Assembly: GCF_036365525.1 (NCBI RefSeq)
Contig: NW_027141363.1
Location: forward strand, 372,001-436,000
Direction of reading: 5' to 3'
DNA: 64,000 bases
Source of the DNA: Heterodontus francisci
Lineage: Eukaryota
Below, one piece after another: positions 37,001-48,182 of this stretch. The notes below the pieces were generated by a model, which saw nothing but the letters and a program-made list of their open reading frames with translations, was not told the origin of the DNA and did not search any database. Positions within the stretch are counted from its first letter, which is position 1. Each line of letters opens with the position of its first letter. The position numbers and the translations under genes were made by a program.

Positions 37001-40000
37001 TGATTTCTCAATGGAGTGTGGAGTTGTTTGCTCCTTGGTTCTTGAGGTTGTTGAAGTCTCTGGATGTGTAATAAAGGGAAAGAAACATGGGGGAGAGCAG
37101 GAGTGAGAGGAAGCTCGAACTGGATAGATTAGAGTACAGTAAATCACAGATGCTAGTCTATATGAAAACCATTGTGAGACAATCCACTGTCCACACTCAC
37201 CGCATCCCAGTTGGCACAGGAACTGCATTACATTTTCCCCAGTCATAAAATGTCACTGCCCTCAGTCATTGCATCCCACTCCCCGCAATCACATCTTCTC
37301 AATCCCCTTAGTCACTAAATCCCACTCCCCTCAATTACATCATCCCACTCCCCTCCGTCACTGCATCCCACTCCCCTCTGTCACTGCATCCCACTCCCCT
37401 CAATTACTTCATCCCACTCCCCTCCTTCACTACATCCCAATCCCCTCAATTACATCATCCCACTCCCCTTAATCACTGCATGCCACTCCCCGCAGTCTCT
37501 ACATCCCACTCCCCTCAGTCACTACATCCCACTCCCCTCAATCACTACATCCCACTCCCCCTCAGTCACCCCATCCCACTCCCCTCAGTCACCCCATTCC
37601 ACTCCCCTCAGTCGCCCCATCCACTCCCCTCAGTCACTACATTCCACTCCCCTCAGTCACTCCATCACACTTCCCTCAGTAAGAGACTGGATGATCTCCA
37701 GGACTGATCTTCTATGATGTAACACTGGGTGTGGAATCTGTTTCGAATGGGCCCACAAGGGGGGTACCTGATGTTCCAGACACCGCTGGGGTAGACGATG
37801 ATCCCCTCGTGGATTCTCGAGTTGATTGTTCCTCGGGTTCCTCAGTTGTGGCAGTCTCTGGATCTGTAATAAAGGAAGAGGGCGGAGAGGAGGAAACCCG
37901 AAGAGCTCATGTATTTAGTACTCGAGTCCAGACAGTGTCAGATTTTCATCTTTATCAAACCCTCGACTATCCAATCTGACTCCTCGTGAACATTGTTTCC
38001 TGGAGAGGGAGTGTGAGGTATCCAGCACTGCAGTGGGGACCTGACGTGAGCCATGAACACTGCAGGGATCAGAGTGCCTGATAGACAGGGACAGCAGAGT
38101 TCAGTTCCCTAGAGTTTCAGTGAAGTACACTTTGTGTTTCAGACACTTTATTCACTGTGTCCCTTTCAATAAGGAGGGGAGCGAGTAAACTGTCTCATTT
38201 CGGTGGGTGACAAAGGACATCCCAGAATCACCCTCTGGATGATATAGAAGCATCAATGTACCTGTACAATACGCAGCGAAATGAAACAACGACTTCAACT
38301 CATAAACGAAGTAACTGTTGCAGTTTTTGATCTTTATCTCATGGACCTTGTAGCAGTGATTTGTACCCCAGTGTAAACAAACTGTCCGTGTTACTTCCCC
38401 CTCTCCCACGCTGGGATGGGAACCTGGAATGAGAATTTAGAAATATTGAATAATGTAACCCATGTGAACAGTGCTGGACAGTGAATGTAAATCTGATATT
38501 ATAAAGGCTGACAGTACCCTGTAACCAGCTTGTAACATGTGTGGAGCAGTGATGATGTGGGACAGCAGTCTCCGGAATCTTCCATCCACCAGAACTGAAA
38601 TAACAATCACAGAGTCAGTCCCTGAACTGATGGTAAATATTAACTGTTAGAGAGACTGGTACCATCAGATAGTACCAGAAGGTAGGGGAAATCCCTTATT
38701 CTGCCCATATTGACGAGATTACCCTGAAATTGTTCCTTTACATTACCTTTTAAATCGGTACCATCCGAAATGAAGACCATCATCACACTTCACCTGGCTG
38801 GAGCACCGAGTGTCATCACAATCGCTGCTCCTCCAGGGCTGGTCCAGGACTGTGTGATTTACACACGGGTCAGTGAGTGCAGAGTCTGTGACTGAGTGAC
38901 AGAAAGATGTTTAATGTTAATATGTGACCTTACATCAGAACTGGGAAAAGTTCAAGTGACAAGTGAAAGCGAGGAGGATGTGAAGATAAATGGAAGGGAT
39001 CACACACCCCTCAGTCACTGTATCCCATTCCCCTCAGTCACTGTATCCCAGTCCCCTCTGTCACTGTATCCCACTCCCCTCTGTCACTGTATCACACTCC
39101 CCTCAGCCACAGTATCACACTCCCCTCAGCCACTGTATCACACACCCCTCAGTCACTGTATCCCATTCCCCACAGTCACTGTATCACACTCCCCTCAGTC
39201 ACTGTATCCCATTCCCCTCAGTCACTGCATCCCACTTCCCTCAGTCTCTGTATCCCACTCCCCTCAGTCACTGTATCACACTCCCCTCAGTCACTGTATC
39301 CTACTCCCCTCAGTCACTGCATCCCACTCCCCTCAGCCACAGTATCACACACCCCTCAGCCACTGTATCACACTCCCCTCAGTCACTGTATCCCATTCCC
39401 CACAGTCACTGTATCACACGCCCCTCAGTCACTGTATCCCACTCCCCTCAGTCACTGCATCCCCCTCCCCTCAGTCACTGCATCCCACTCCCCTCAGTCA
39501 CTGCATCACACTCCCCTCAGTCACTGGATCCCACTCCACTCAGTCACTGGATGCCACTCCCACTCAGTCACTGGATGCCACTCCCCTCAGTCACTGCTTC
39601 CCACTCCCCTCAGTCACTGTATCACACTCCCCTCAGTCACTGTATCCCACTCCCCCCAGTCACTGTATCCCATTCCCCATAGTCACTGTATCACACTCCC
39701 CTCAGTCACTGTATCCCACTCCCCTCAGTCACTGCATCCCACTACCCTCAGTCACTGTATCCCACTCCCCTCAGTCACTGCTCCTACTACCCTCAATCAC
39801 TGCATCCCACTTCTCTATGTCACCACACCCAGTCCACCGAATCACTCTATAACATGCCCTTCATTCACTGCACCTCACTCCCCGCATCTTTACATCCTAC
39901 ACCCCTCAGTTACCACATCCTACTCATCAGTCACTGCATCCCACTACCCTCAGTCACTGTATCCCACTCCCATCAGTCACTACATCCTACTCCCCTCAGT

Positions 40001-43000
40001 CTCGTCATCCCACTCCCCTCAGTCACTGTACCCCACTCCCCTCAGTTACCACATCCTACTCATCAGTTACTGCATCCCACTTCCCTCAATTACAGCATCC
40101 CACTCCCTTCAGTCACTACATCCCACTCCCCTCAGTCACTGTATCCCACTCCCTTCAGTCACTACATCCCACTCCCCTCAGTCACTATACCCCACTCCCC
40201 TCAGTCACTACATCCCACTACCCTCAGTCACTGTATCCCACTCCCCTCAGTCACTGTATCCCCCTCCCCTCAGTCGCTACATCCCACTCCCCACATTCAC
40301 TGCATCCCACTCTCCTCAGTCACTACATCTCATTCCCCTCAGTCACTACATCCCACTGCCCTCAGTCGCTGCAGCCCACTCCTGACCGAGCTGCTAGTCT
40401 GGGACTGTGGCAGGTGATGACAGAACCAACAAGGGGAGAAAATATACTTGACGTCATCCTCACCAATCTGCCTGCCACATATCCATCTGCTGATGACAGT
40501 ATTGGTGGGAGTGACCACCGCACAGTCCTTGTGGAGACGAAGTCCCGCCTTCACATTGAGGATACCGTCCATCGTGTTGTGTGGCACTATCACCGTGCTG
40601 AATGGGATAGATTCAAACAAGTCTAGCAATGCAACAATGGGCATCCATGAGGTGCTGTGGGAACAACAGCAGCAGCAGAAATGTACTCAACCACAATCTG
40701 TAACCTCATGGTCCGGTATATCCCCCCACTCTATCATGACCATCAAGCCAGGAGACCAAACGTGGTTCAATGAAGAGTGCAGGAGGGCATGCAAAGTGCA
40801 GCACATGACAGACCTCAAAATGAGGTGTCAGCCTGGTGAAGCTACAACCCAGGACTATCTGCATGCCAAACAGCAGAAGCAGCATGTGATCGACAGAACT
40901 AAGCGATCCGATAACCAACGGATCAGATCTAAGCTCTGCAGTCCTGCGACATCCAGTCGTGAATGGCAGTAGACAATTAAACAACTAACTGGAGGAGGTG
41001 GCCCCACAAACATCCCCATCCTCAATGATCAGGGAGCCCAGCACATCAGTGCGAAAGATAAGGCTGAAGCATTTGCAAAATTCTTCAGCCAGAAGTGCCG
41101 AGTTGATGATACATCTCGGCCTTCTCCTGCAGTCCCAAGCATCACAGATGCCAGTCTTCAGCCAATTCGATTCACTCCGCTTGATATCAAGAAATGACTG
41201 AAGGCACTGGATACTGCAAAGGCTATGGGCCCTGACAATATCGCGGATGTACCTGTGCTCCAGAACTTGTTGCATCCTTAGCCAAGCTGTTCCAGTGCAG
41301 CTACAACACTGGCATCTACCCTGCAATGTGGAAAACTGCCCAGGCATGTCCTGTACATAAAAAGCAGGACAAGTCAAAGCAGGGCAAGTTCAACCCACCC
41401 AATTACCGTCCCATCAGTCTACTCTCTATCATCAGTAAAATGATGGAAGGTGTCGTTGACAGTGCTATCAAGTGGTACTTGCTCAGCAATTACCTGTTCA
41501 GTGATGGTCAGTTTGGGTTCCGCCGGGGTCACTCAGCACCTGACCTCATTACAGTGTGGTTCAAACATGGACAAAAGAGTGGAACTCAAGAGGTGAGGTG
41601 AGAGTGACTGCCCTTCACATAGAGTCTGTCAGGATCCTGCTGCTGTGTCTGACACTCACCAGAAAACCTGAATCTCCTCAATTGTAGACCTGACAGAATA
41701 CTACCCAGACATGCCAGCCCTCTCTCCAGACAGCGAGCGTCTGTTTCAGTTCCCTAGAGTTTTAGTGAAGAGTTCACTCTGTTTTACAGATCCTTTATTC
41801 ACTGTGTCCCTTACAAAAAGGAGGGCAGTGAGTAAACTGTCTCATTCCCATGGGTGACACGGGACATCCCAGAATCACCCATCTGCACCATATACAAACA
41901 GCAATCTACCTGTACAATAAGCAGCGTTACAGTCGGGTGGAGGCTTCAACTCATAAACAAAATAACTGCTGCAGTTTATGATCTTTATTTCCTGGGTCCA
42001 GTGACAGCGATTTCCAGCCTTGTTAAAACAAACTGTCCTCGTTACTTCCCCCTGTCCCACACTAGGATGGGAACCTGAAATGAGAGTTTATAAATATTGA
42101 AGAAAGTAACCCACGTGAACAGTGCTGGACAGTGAATGTAAATCTGATATTTTTAAGACGGAAATTACCCTGTAACCAGCCTGAGGCACGTGTGGAGCAG
42201 TGATACTGTGGGACAACAGTGTCCGGAATCTTCCATCCACCAGAACTGAAACAATAATCACAGAGTCAGTCCCTGAACTGATGGTAAATATTAACTGTTA
42301 GAGAGACTGGTAACAGCAGAGAGTACCAGAAACTGGGGGAAATCCATTACTCCTCCCTCATTAACTGATTTACCCAGAATTTGTTCCTTTACATTACCTT
42401 TTAAATCTGTACCATCCTTGAGCAAGATTATCATCACACTTCTCCTGACCGGAGCCCACAGTGACATCACAATCGATGCTCCTCCAAGGCTGGTCCAGGA
42501 CTGTGTGATTTACACACGGGTCAGTGAGTGTGGAGTCTGTGACTGAGTGACAGAAAGATGTTTAATGTTAATATAAAGTACAGTTAATGTTACACAGCGC
42601 CTTGTACCCTCCCGAAATACCAATAATCTCAGTTTCACCCTCCGCCCTGGGCAAAGCCCCGCAGATTAAAGCTGGAAAATGTCCTCCTTCTCTAAACTGG
42701 GTTTCCATCTGTCTCCCAGCTCAGCCTCCCCCTCTAACTCACTGCTCACAGACAGTCCTCCCGATTCTAGATTGACCACCAGCTCTCAGGTAACAGAAAG
42801 CAGTAAATATCTCAGCTTCACTTCATCCCAGTAGGAAAGATGTAAAGTGGAGGAGGAGCGAGAACTGCCAGGTGGAGCACAAGCCACCCAGTGTGACTGG
42901 TGGGTCCTGGAGAGGGAACGTGTAGTCTCAAAACCAACAACAACCTGCGTTTATGTAGAGCCTTTGATGTAATAAAATGTCCCAAAGCACTTCATCGGTG

Positions 43001-44504
43001 TGTTACCATCCCGAACTGACACCGATCCACAGAAGCAGCTGGTCGGGCAGGTGGCCAAATGCTCTGTCAAAGAGGTAGATTTTAAGGAGTGTCTGAAAGG
43101 ATGAAAGAGAGGTGGAGAGACGGAGAAGTTGAGGGAGAGAATTCCATAGCGTTAAGCCTCGGCAGGTGAAGGCACAGCTGCCAATGGTGGAAGGGATTCG
43201 AATCGGGAATACTCAAGAGGCCTGAATTAGAGGAGCGCAGAGATCTCCGAGGGTTGTGGGGCTGGAGATGATTTCAGCGGTAGGGAACGGCGAGGTGATA
43301 GAAGGATCTGGAAACAATTGTGAGAATATTGAAATCCAGGCCTTGCTGAACCGGGAGCCAGTGTAGGTCAGTGAGCACGGAGATGAAAGGTGAACTGGAC
43401 TTGGGCAGTATCATACTGGATGACCAAAATGTACAGAAGGTGGAATGTGAGAGATCAGCCAGGAGATCTTTGGAATAGTCAAGTCTAGAGGTACCAAAGT
43501 ACTGCTAAAGGGTTTGAGCAGCAGAGAAGCTGCAAGAGCCAAGTCAGGAATACTGTTTCTGATCATCCTTCTCGAATTGTCGGCAGTCTTTGACACAATT
43601 CACCACATTACCCTCTGCCAACACCTCTCCTTCCATGTCCAGCTGGGTGGAACTGCTCTGGCCTATTTCCACTCAACCCAGTCTAGTCTCAGCCAGAGAA
43701 TCTCCTGCAGTGTCTTCCCTACCCACTCCAGCACTGTTACCTCTAGGGTATCCCGAGAATCTATCTTGTCCCTCTCCAATTTCTCATCAGCTTCCGACTG
43801 TGCCCAGCTTCCTTCCCTGTAGCCTCCTCATCACAAGGACATCCAATTACAACCTCCGTAATATCCACCATCACTGATTTTGCCTCAGCCAATCCTCTAC
43901 CAAAAACCCTCAACCTTCTAGAGAATCAAATCTTCTAATCCACTCCTGGCCAGCCTCCCAGCTTCCACTTTCCAGAAGTCAGGTCTCCTCCAACACACTG
44001 CTGTTGTATGTTATCTTGCAGAAAGTTTAAGTCACACATCACCCCTGTGCTCTCTGACCCACATTGGTTCACAGCTGCAAACGCCTTTGATGTACAACTT
44101 CCATCTTCCTGTTCAAATTCTTTCATGACCTCTCCTCCCTCTCCCACCTCATTTCTGTAATCTTCACCAACTCTCTGTTTCTCTGACCCAAGCCTCCTGT
44201 AGAACTTCCCTCCACTCCCTTTCCTCCAGCAGTGTCTGATGTGGCTTCAAGATGTCTAGCCTCCTAAACCTTTCTGCCTCTCCACCTCCGTCTGCTTTTT
44301 TAAACTAACAGTCAGCCCTCCAATCATCTTCTTCCCCGCCGTGTCAGACATTTCTTCAATCAGATTTCTGTGGAACATCTTGGGAGATTATTCTATGTAA
44401 CGGTTTGAATAAACACAGCTTGTTCTAGTTGTACTGGGGGTGAACTTTGTCGAGAATGAAACTTACTCACTCAGGTAACCCAGAATGATCAGCAGATTCC
44501 ACAT
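28100..44504 (-). CDS. Complete multi-exon gene (copy B): secreted uromodulin/GP2-like tandem D10C (D8C) domain protein without ZP module, about 424 aa
   Basis: GT-AG exons, all in frame: 44504-44471 (MWNLLIILGYL); 42542-42398 (ITDSTLTDPCVNHTVLDQPWRSIDCDVTVGSGQEKCDDNLAQGWYRFK); 42245-42169 (SSGGWKIPDTVVPQYHCSTRASGWLQ); 42074-41910 (GSHPSVGQGEVTRTVCFNKAGNRCHWTQEIKIINCSSYFVYELKPPPDCNAAYCT); second D10C 38891-38747, 38594-38518, 38423-38262; 96-nt stalk exons 37863-37768, 34699-34604, 31641-31546; 28984-28899 (GTKYKRINVKITSMTDLDYETAKRIVVER); 28195-28100 (VKHMFQDQCPHTKLELDPEDVQCSASEPVEV*). The D10C motifs match UMOD/GP2 (DPC..LD..WRS, GWYRF, HP...G.V.R..C, YFVY.L..P..C..YCT). Confidence 0.85.
30330..32820 (+). 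repeat. Intragenic duplication unit (CR1 debris + stalk exon + minisatellite), repeated at about 33370-35580
   Basis: Same CR1 pieces and junctions precede the stalk exons at 31546-31641 and 34604-34699. Confidence 0.88.
31770..32785. repeat. 23-bp minisatellite array
   Basis: Same unit (GTATCACAC variant); follows a stalk exon. Confidence 0.95.
34835..35580. repeat. 23-bp minisatellite array
   Basis: Same unit. Confidence 0.93.
36040..36745 (-). mobile_element. CR1 3' fragment in a stalk intron
   Basis: FSLEQRRLRGDLIEVYKI, LYKTLV.PQLEY. Confidence 0.85.
36970..37065 (-). pseudogene. Degenerate fourth 96-nt stalk exon with its acceptor mutated (ttattacAC instead of ttattacAG)
   Basis: Open frame PETSTTSRTKEQTTPHSIEKSPSNPIDTFTS, homologous to the other stalk exons and exactly 96 nt; GT donor present, AG absent. 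Confidence 0.7.
37252..37680. repeat. 23-bp minisatellite array
   Basis: Same unit; positional equivalent of the much longer array at 1-2876. Confidence 0.93.
39000..40382. repeat. 23-bp minisatellite array (copy B, between D10C blocks)
   Basis: Same unit. Confidence 0.95.
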
Positions 44505-44967
44505 CTTACTGGCTGAGATTCTGGAAAGGGAAACACAAGACAAACATTTGAGAGAGATTACCGAGTAGGGAATTGGAGGGAATATTAAATATGGAGTTGC
44601 CGAGGAGTTCGTCAGTATATCTGTTCAGAGTGGTGAGCTCCATCTAATTATCTCTCTCTCACTGGGACTCTTACAGACAGAGGTGAGCTCAGCTACATGT
44701 TCTTGTTAAACATCAGGAACTTGACTCCAATCTTTCACCCTTTCCACTCTCCAAAGCTTTTATGAATAATTGCATGTGTTCCTGACTCTCTCCTCCAGGT
44801 CTGTCTCCTGCATCCCTGTAACGAACCTCTTTGAATTTCTGGCAAAGGTTATGACTGAAGATGGTGTTGTTTCAGGAGAAGCAGGACACACACCCCCTGG
44901 GTCAACACCTAGCAAGTGACAAACTCCTTTGCTTTTTCTAACAGGCCTCCCATACCCAACTGCTTAC

Positions 44968-45160
44968 CAGAGTCTCCAATGGAGGTGTCACTGGGTGGGA
45001 GATGTTGTCGGTTCAATTCCAGCTGCTTGCTCCTCAGTCTTGGGTCCACTCTGCTGTGAACAGTGTCAATCTCAGTGACAGCTCCAACCCCTATATACAC
45101 CACGGCGGATTGACTGCATTGCTGGTTGGCTGAAATATTTACATTTAGTCATGATGAATG
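44968..45160 (-). promoter_or_regulatory. Putative promoter and non-coding exon 1 of copy B
   Basis: TATATA at 45097-45092 and donor CTG|gtaagc at 44968/44967, both conserved with copy A. Confidence 0.55.
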
Positions 45161-47534
45161 ATATGACATAATCTATGCAAACGAAGGCCTTTTGGTGAAA
45201 CTATCTGCCTTAATAAACAACATTAATATTTCTCCTGGGCCCATGCTAACCCACGGAGCTTTGTTGTTGTAACATAACTTGTCTTCAGTTACCCAACAGG
45301 GAGGGTGGAGGGAGATTGGAGCCTGGGACAGGGACTCTGAATATTAAAGTTAGTATTTGCCAGTTGGCTGTGTATATTTGATCTTTCATAGGCACTAAGT
45401 ATTAGGGAGAGAATATTCACAGGAGACATGCCTCTCTTATCAGTAGTGGGTCAGTATTGGGGGGATGATGAGAGGGGGCAGAGAAACAAGATGTTCCGGA
45501 GAGACAAATGATCGGACTTCCATTTTCCTCCTTGAGGTCGATGGGGTTAAAATAAATGATTGTGTTTTTCAGAATATAGTCACAGAATGAGAACAATGAA
45601 ATCCTCACATCAGCGACAGTGATACCATCTCCGAAATAGCACAGATACAGCGTTAGTAACACATACAAACCAGAATGAGGAGGACATAAATTTCTCAGTG
45701 AGAGAGTGTTTGAGTATTCAGGACATGGGATATTGTGAGGGGTCCCTGACCAGATGTTAATGTCTCAGTCACTGACTGCTGCTCACCTGCTAACATTGGG
45801 ATAGCAGTGGGCTTCAGGTACAAACTTCAATACAAGAACCACCCAGGATGTTGTTTTATGGAAGGAAAAGTGTTGTATGTAAACTTTATAGAGTTACTGG
45901 CAGACCATTGTCCATGACTGACCGAATAATAATAAGCAGGTAATTTGTCCCAGATATGGGTGGGATTAGTCTTTGATATGTTTGATTTTGACTGCAAGAA
46001 TGAGGAGAGATGAAACAATACAATTTGTGAAGTGGTGCAAGAACAGAGAGACCTGGGGGATGCTTGTGCAGGAATATTTAAAGGTGGCAGGGTAGGTTGA
46101 GAAAGCGATTAATAAATCATATTACAGTCTGGGCTTTGTAAATAGAGAGGTCGAGTACAAAACTCCGGGAGTCATGCCAAACCTGTACAAAACACCAGTT
46201 CGGTCCCTGTTGGAACATTGTGCCCAATTCAGGGCACCACACTTTCGGAAAGACCTGCAGGCTTTGGAGAGGGTGCAGAAGAGATTTGCTCGGATGGTGA
46301 AGTTGGTGAGGAATTTCAGTCAAGTAAAAAGACTGGGCTAGAAAGGGACGTTCTCCTTAGAGCAGAGAAGGTTAAGGGGAGATTCGATAGATCACCAGAG
46401 GGCACAGCTTTAATGTGATGGGCAAAGGTACCAGAGGTGACATGAGGATAAATGTTTTTTAATATCATGAGTGGTTTGGATTTGGAGGGCAATGTCTGAT
46501 AGGGTGGTGGAAATTCAATGGTATTATTCAAAAAGGGAATTGGCTCAATACTTGAAGGGGAATTAATTGAGGGAAATGGTGAAAGAGAGGGGAGTTGGAT
46601 TAACTGGGTTGATTTTCGAAAGAGATGACAAACCCTCGATGGCCCGAATGGCCTCCCTCTGTTGTACTATTCTAGGATTTGTTTCTGATGGGGTGGGATT
46701 CGTCTGTCCCCACATTTCTCTGTTAGATCATTAGCACATTGGGCAGTGCAGTCAGTCCAGGGTTCTAGATAATATTCCTGTGACAGAATCACAATGTCAC
46801 TGTCCCCTCAGTAATCACAATCACCTTGCAGCACATTGTTATTCAATGTTACACTGCCTGTGAAAATGGGCGTCTGAATGTGCATCTCAGTTCCAACCAG
46901 CCCATGTCCAACTCCTCGTCCCTGATAGTTTCCACAGTTTCCATTCTCTCTGGATTGCTGATTCTGTCAGTGCCCCTGTGTCCATGCCAGGTTGTCAGAT
47001 ATTCATTCAGTCCCACAATGGACCCATTAACACTTCTGAGCCGGCTTTGATATTTGCATTCCCTGGGACTAACAGATTTGAATGTTGTGCCGTGTGTCAA
47101 CTAGGAAAATGTCAACTTTTGCAAAGCAGGAAGCTGTTGTGTTTGTCAAGGACTGAGAACAATAGACTCTTCATATCAGAGGCACAGATAAGCTCAGCTG
47201 AAGGACAAAGATGCACAACTAACAACATAGTCAAACAAACTGAGGAGAGAGAGGGGGTGGGAGAGAGAGAGAGTTGGGAGTGTGTGTGTGGTGTATGCGT
47301 GCATCCAGTCATGCATTATGGAACGTGTGATTAATGGAAGAAGCTACAATACAAAGGGTTTGGAGGTAATGCCACAGTTGTAGGAGGCTCTGGTTAGACT
47401 ACATTTGGAATATTGCACACAGTCTGGGCACCTTCCTCAACAAGCAGCTGTTTGCCTTGGACCAGATACAGCTGAGATTCACCAGAATGATACTGGGGTT
47501 AACACTGAGTACACTCGATGAACAGTGACAATTA

Positions 47535-48182
47535 TCCCTGTCTCTGTAACCTCCTCCAGCCCCTACAACCCTCCCTATCTCTGTAACCTCCTCCAGCTCC
47601 TCCAATCCTCCCTATGTCTGTATCCTGCTTAAGGTACTGCAACCCTCCCTATCTCCGTAACCCCCTCCAGCCCCCTACAAGCTTCCCTGTTTCAGTAACC
47701 TCCTCCTGACCCGACAACGCTCCCTATCGATGTAACCCCCTCCAGCCCCCAACAAACTTCCTTATTTCTGTAACTTCGTCCAGCCCCGACAACCCTCCCT
47801 ATCTCTGTTCCCTCCTCCAGCCCCCACAATCTTCCCTATCTCTGTAACCTTCTCCAGCCCAACAACCCTCCCTGTCTCTGTAACCTCCTCCAGCCCCGAC
47901 AATCCTCTCTATCTCTGAAACCTCCTCTAGCCCTACTACCCTCCCTATCTCTGTAACATCCTCCATCCCTACAACCCTCCCTATCTCTGTAACTTCCTCC
48001 AGCCCCTACAATACTCCCTATCTCTGTCACCTCCTCCAGCCCTACAACCCTCCCTATCGCTGTAACCTCCTCCAGACCTACAACCCTTCCTATCTCTGTA
48101 ACTTCCTCCAGCACCTACAATACTCCCTTTCACTGTAACCTCCTCCAGCCCTACAACCCTCCCTATCTCTGTAACCTCCTCC
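47535..48182. repeat. About 37-bp minisatellite, paralog of 12600-13868
   Basis: Same unit, shorter array. Confidence 0.9.
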
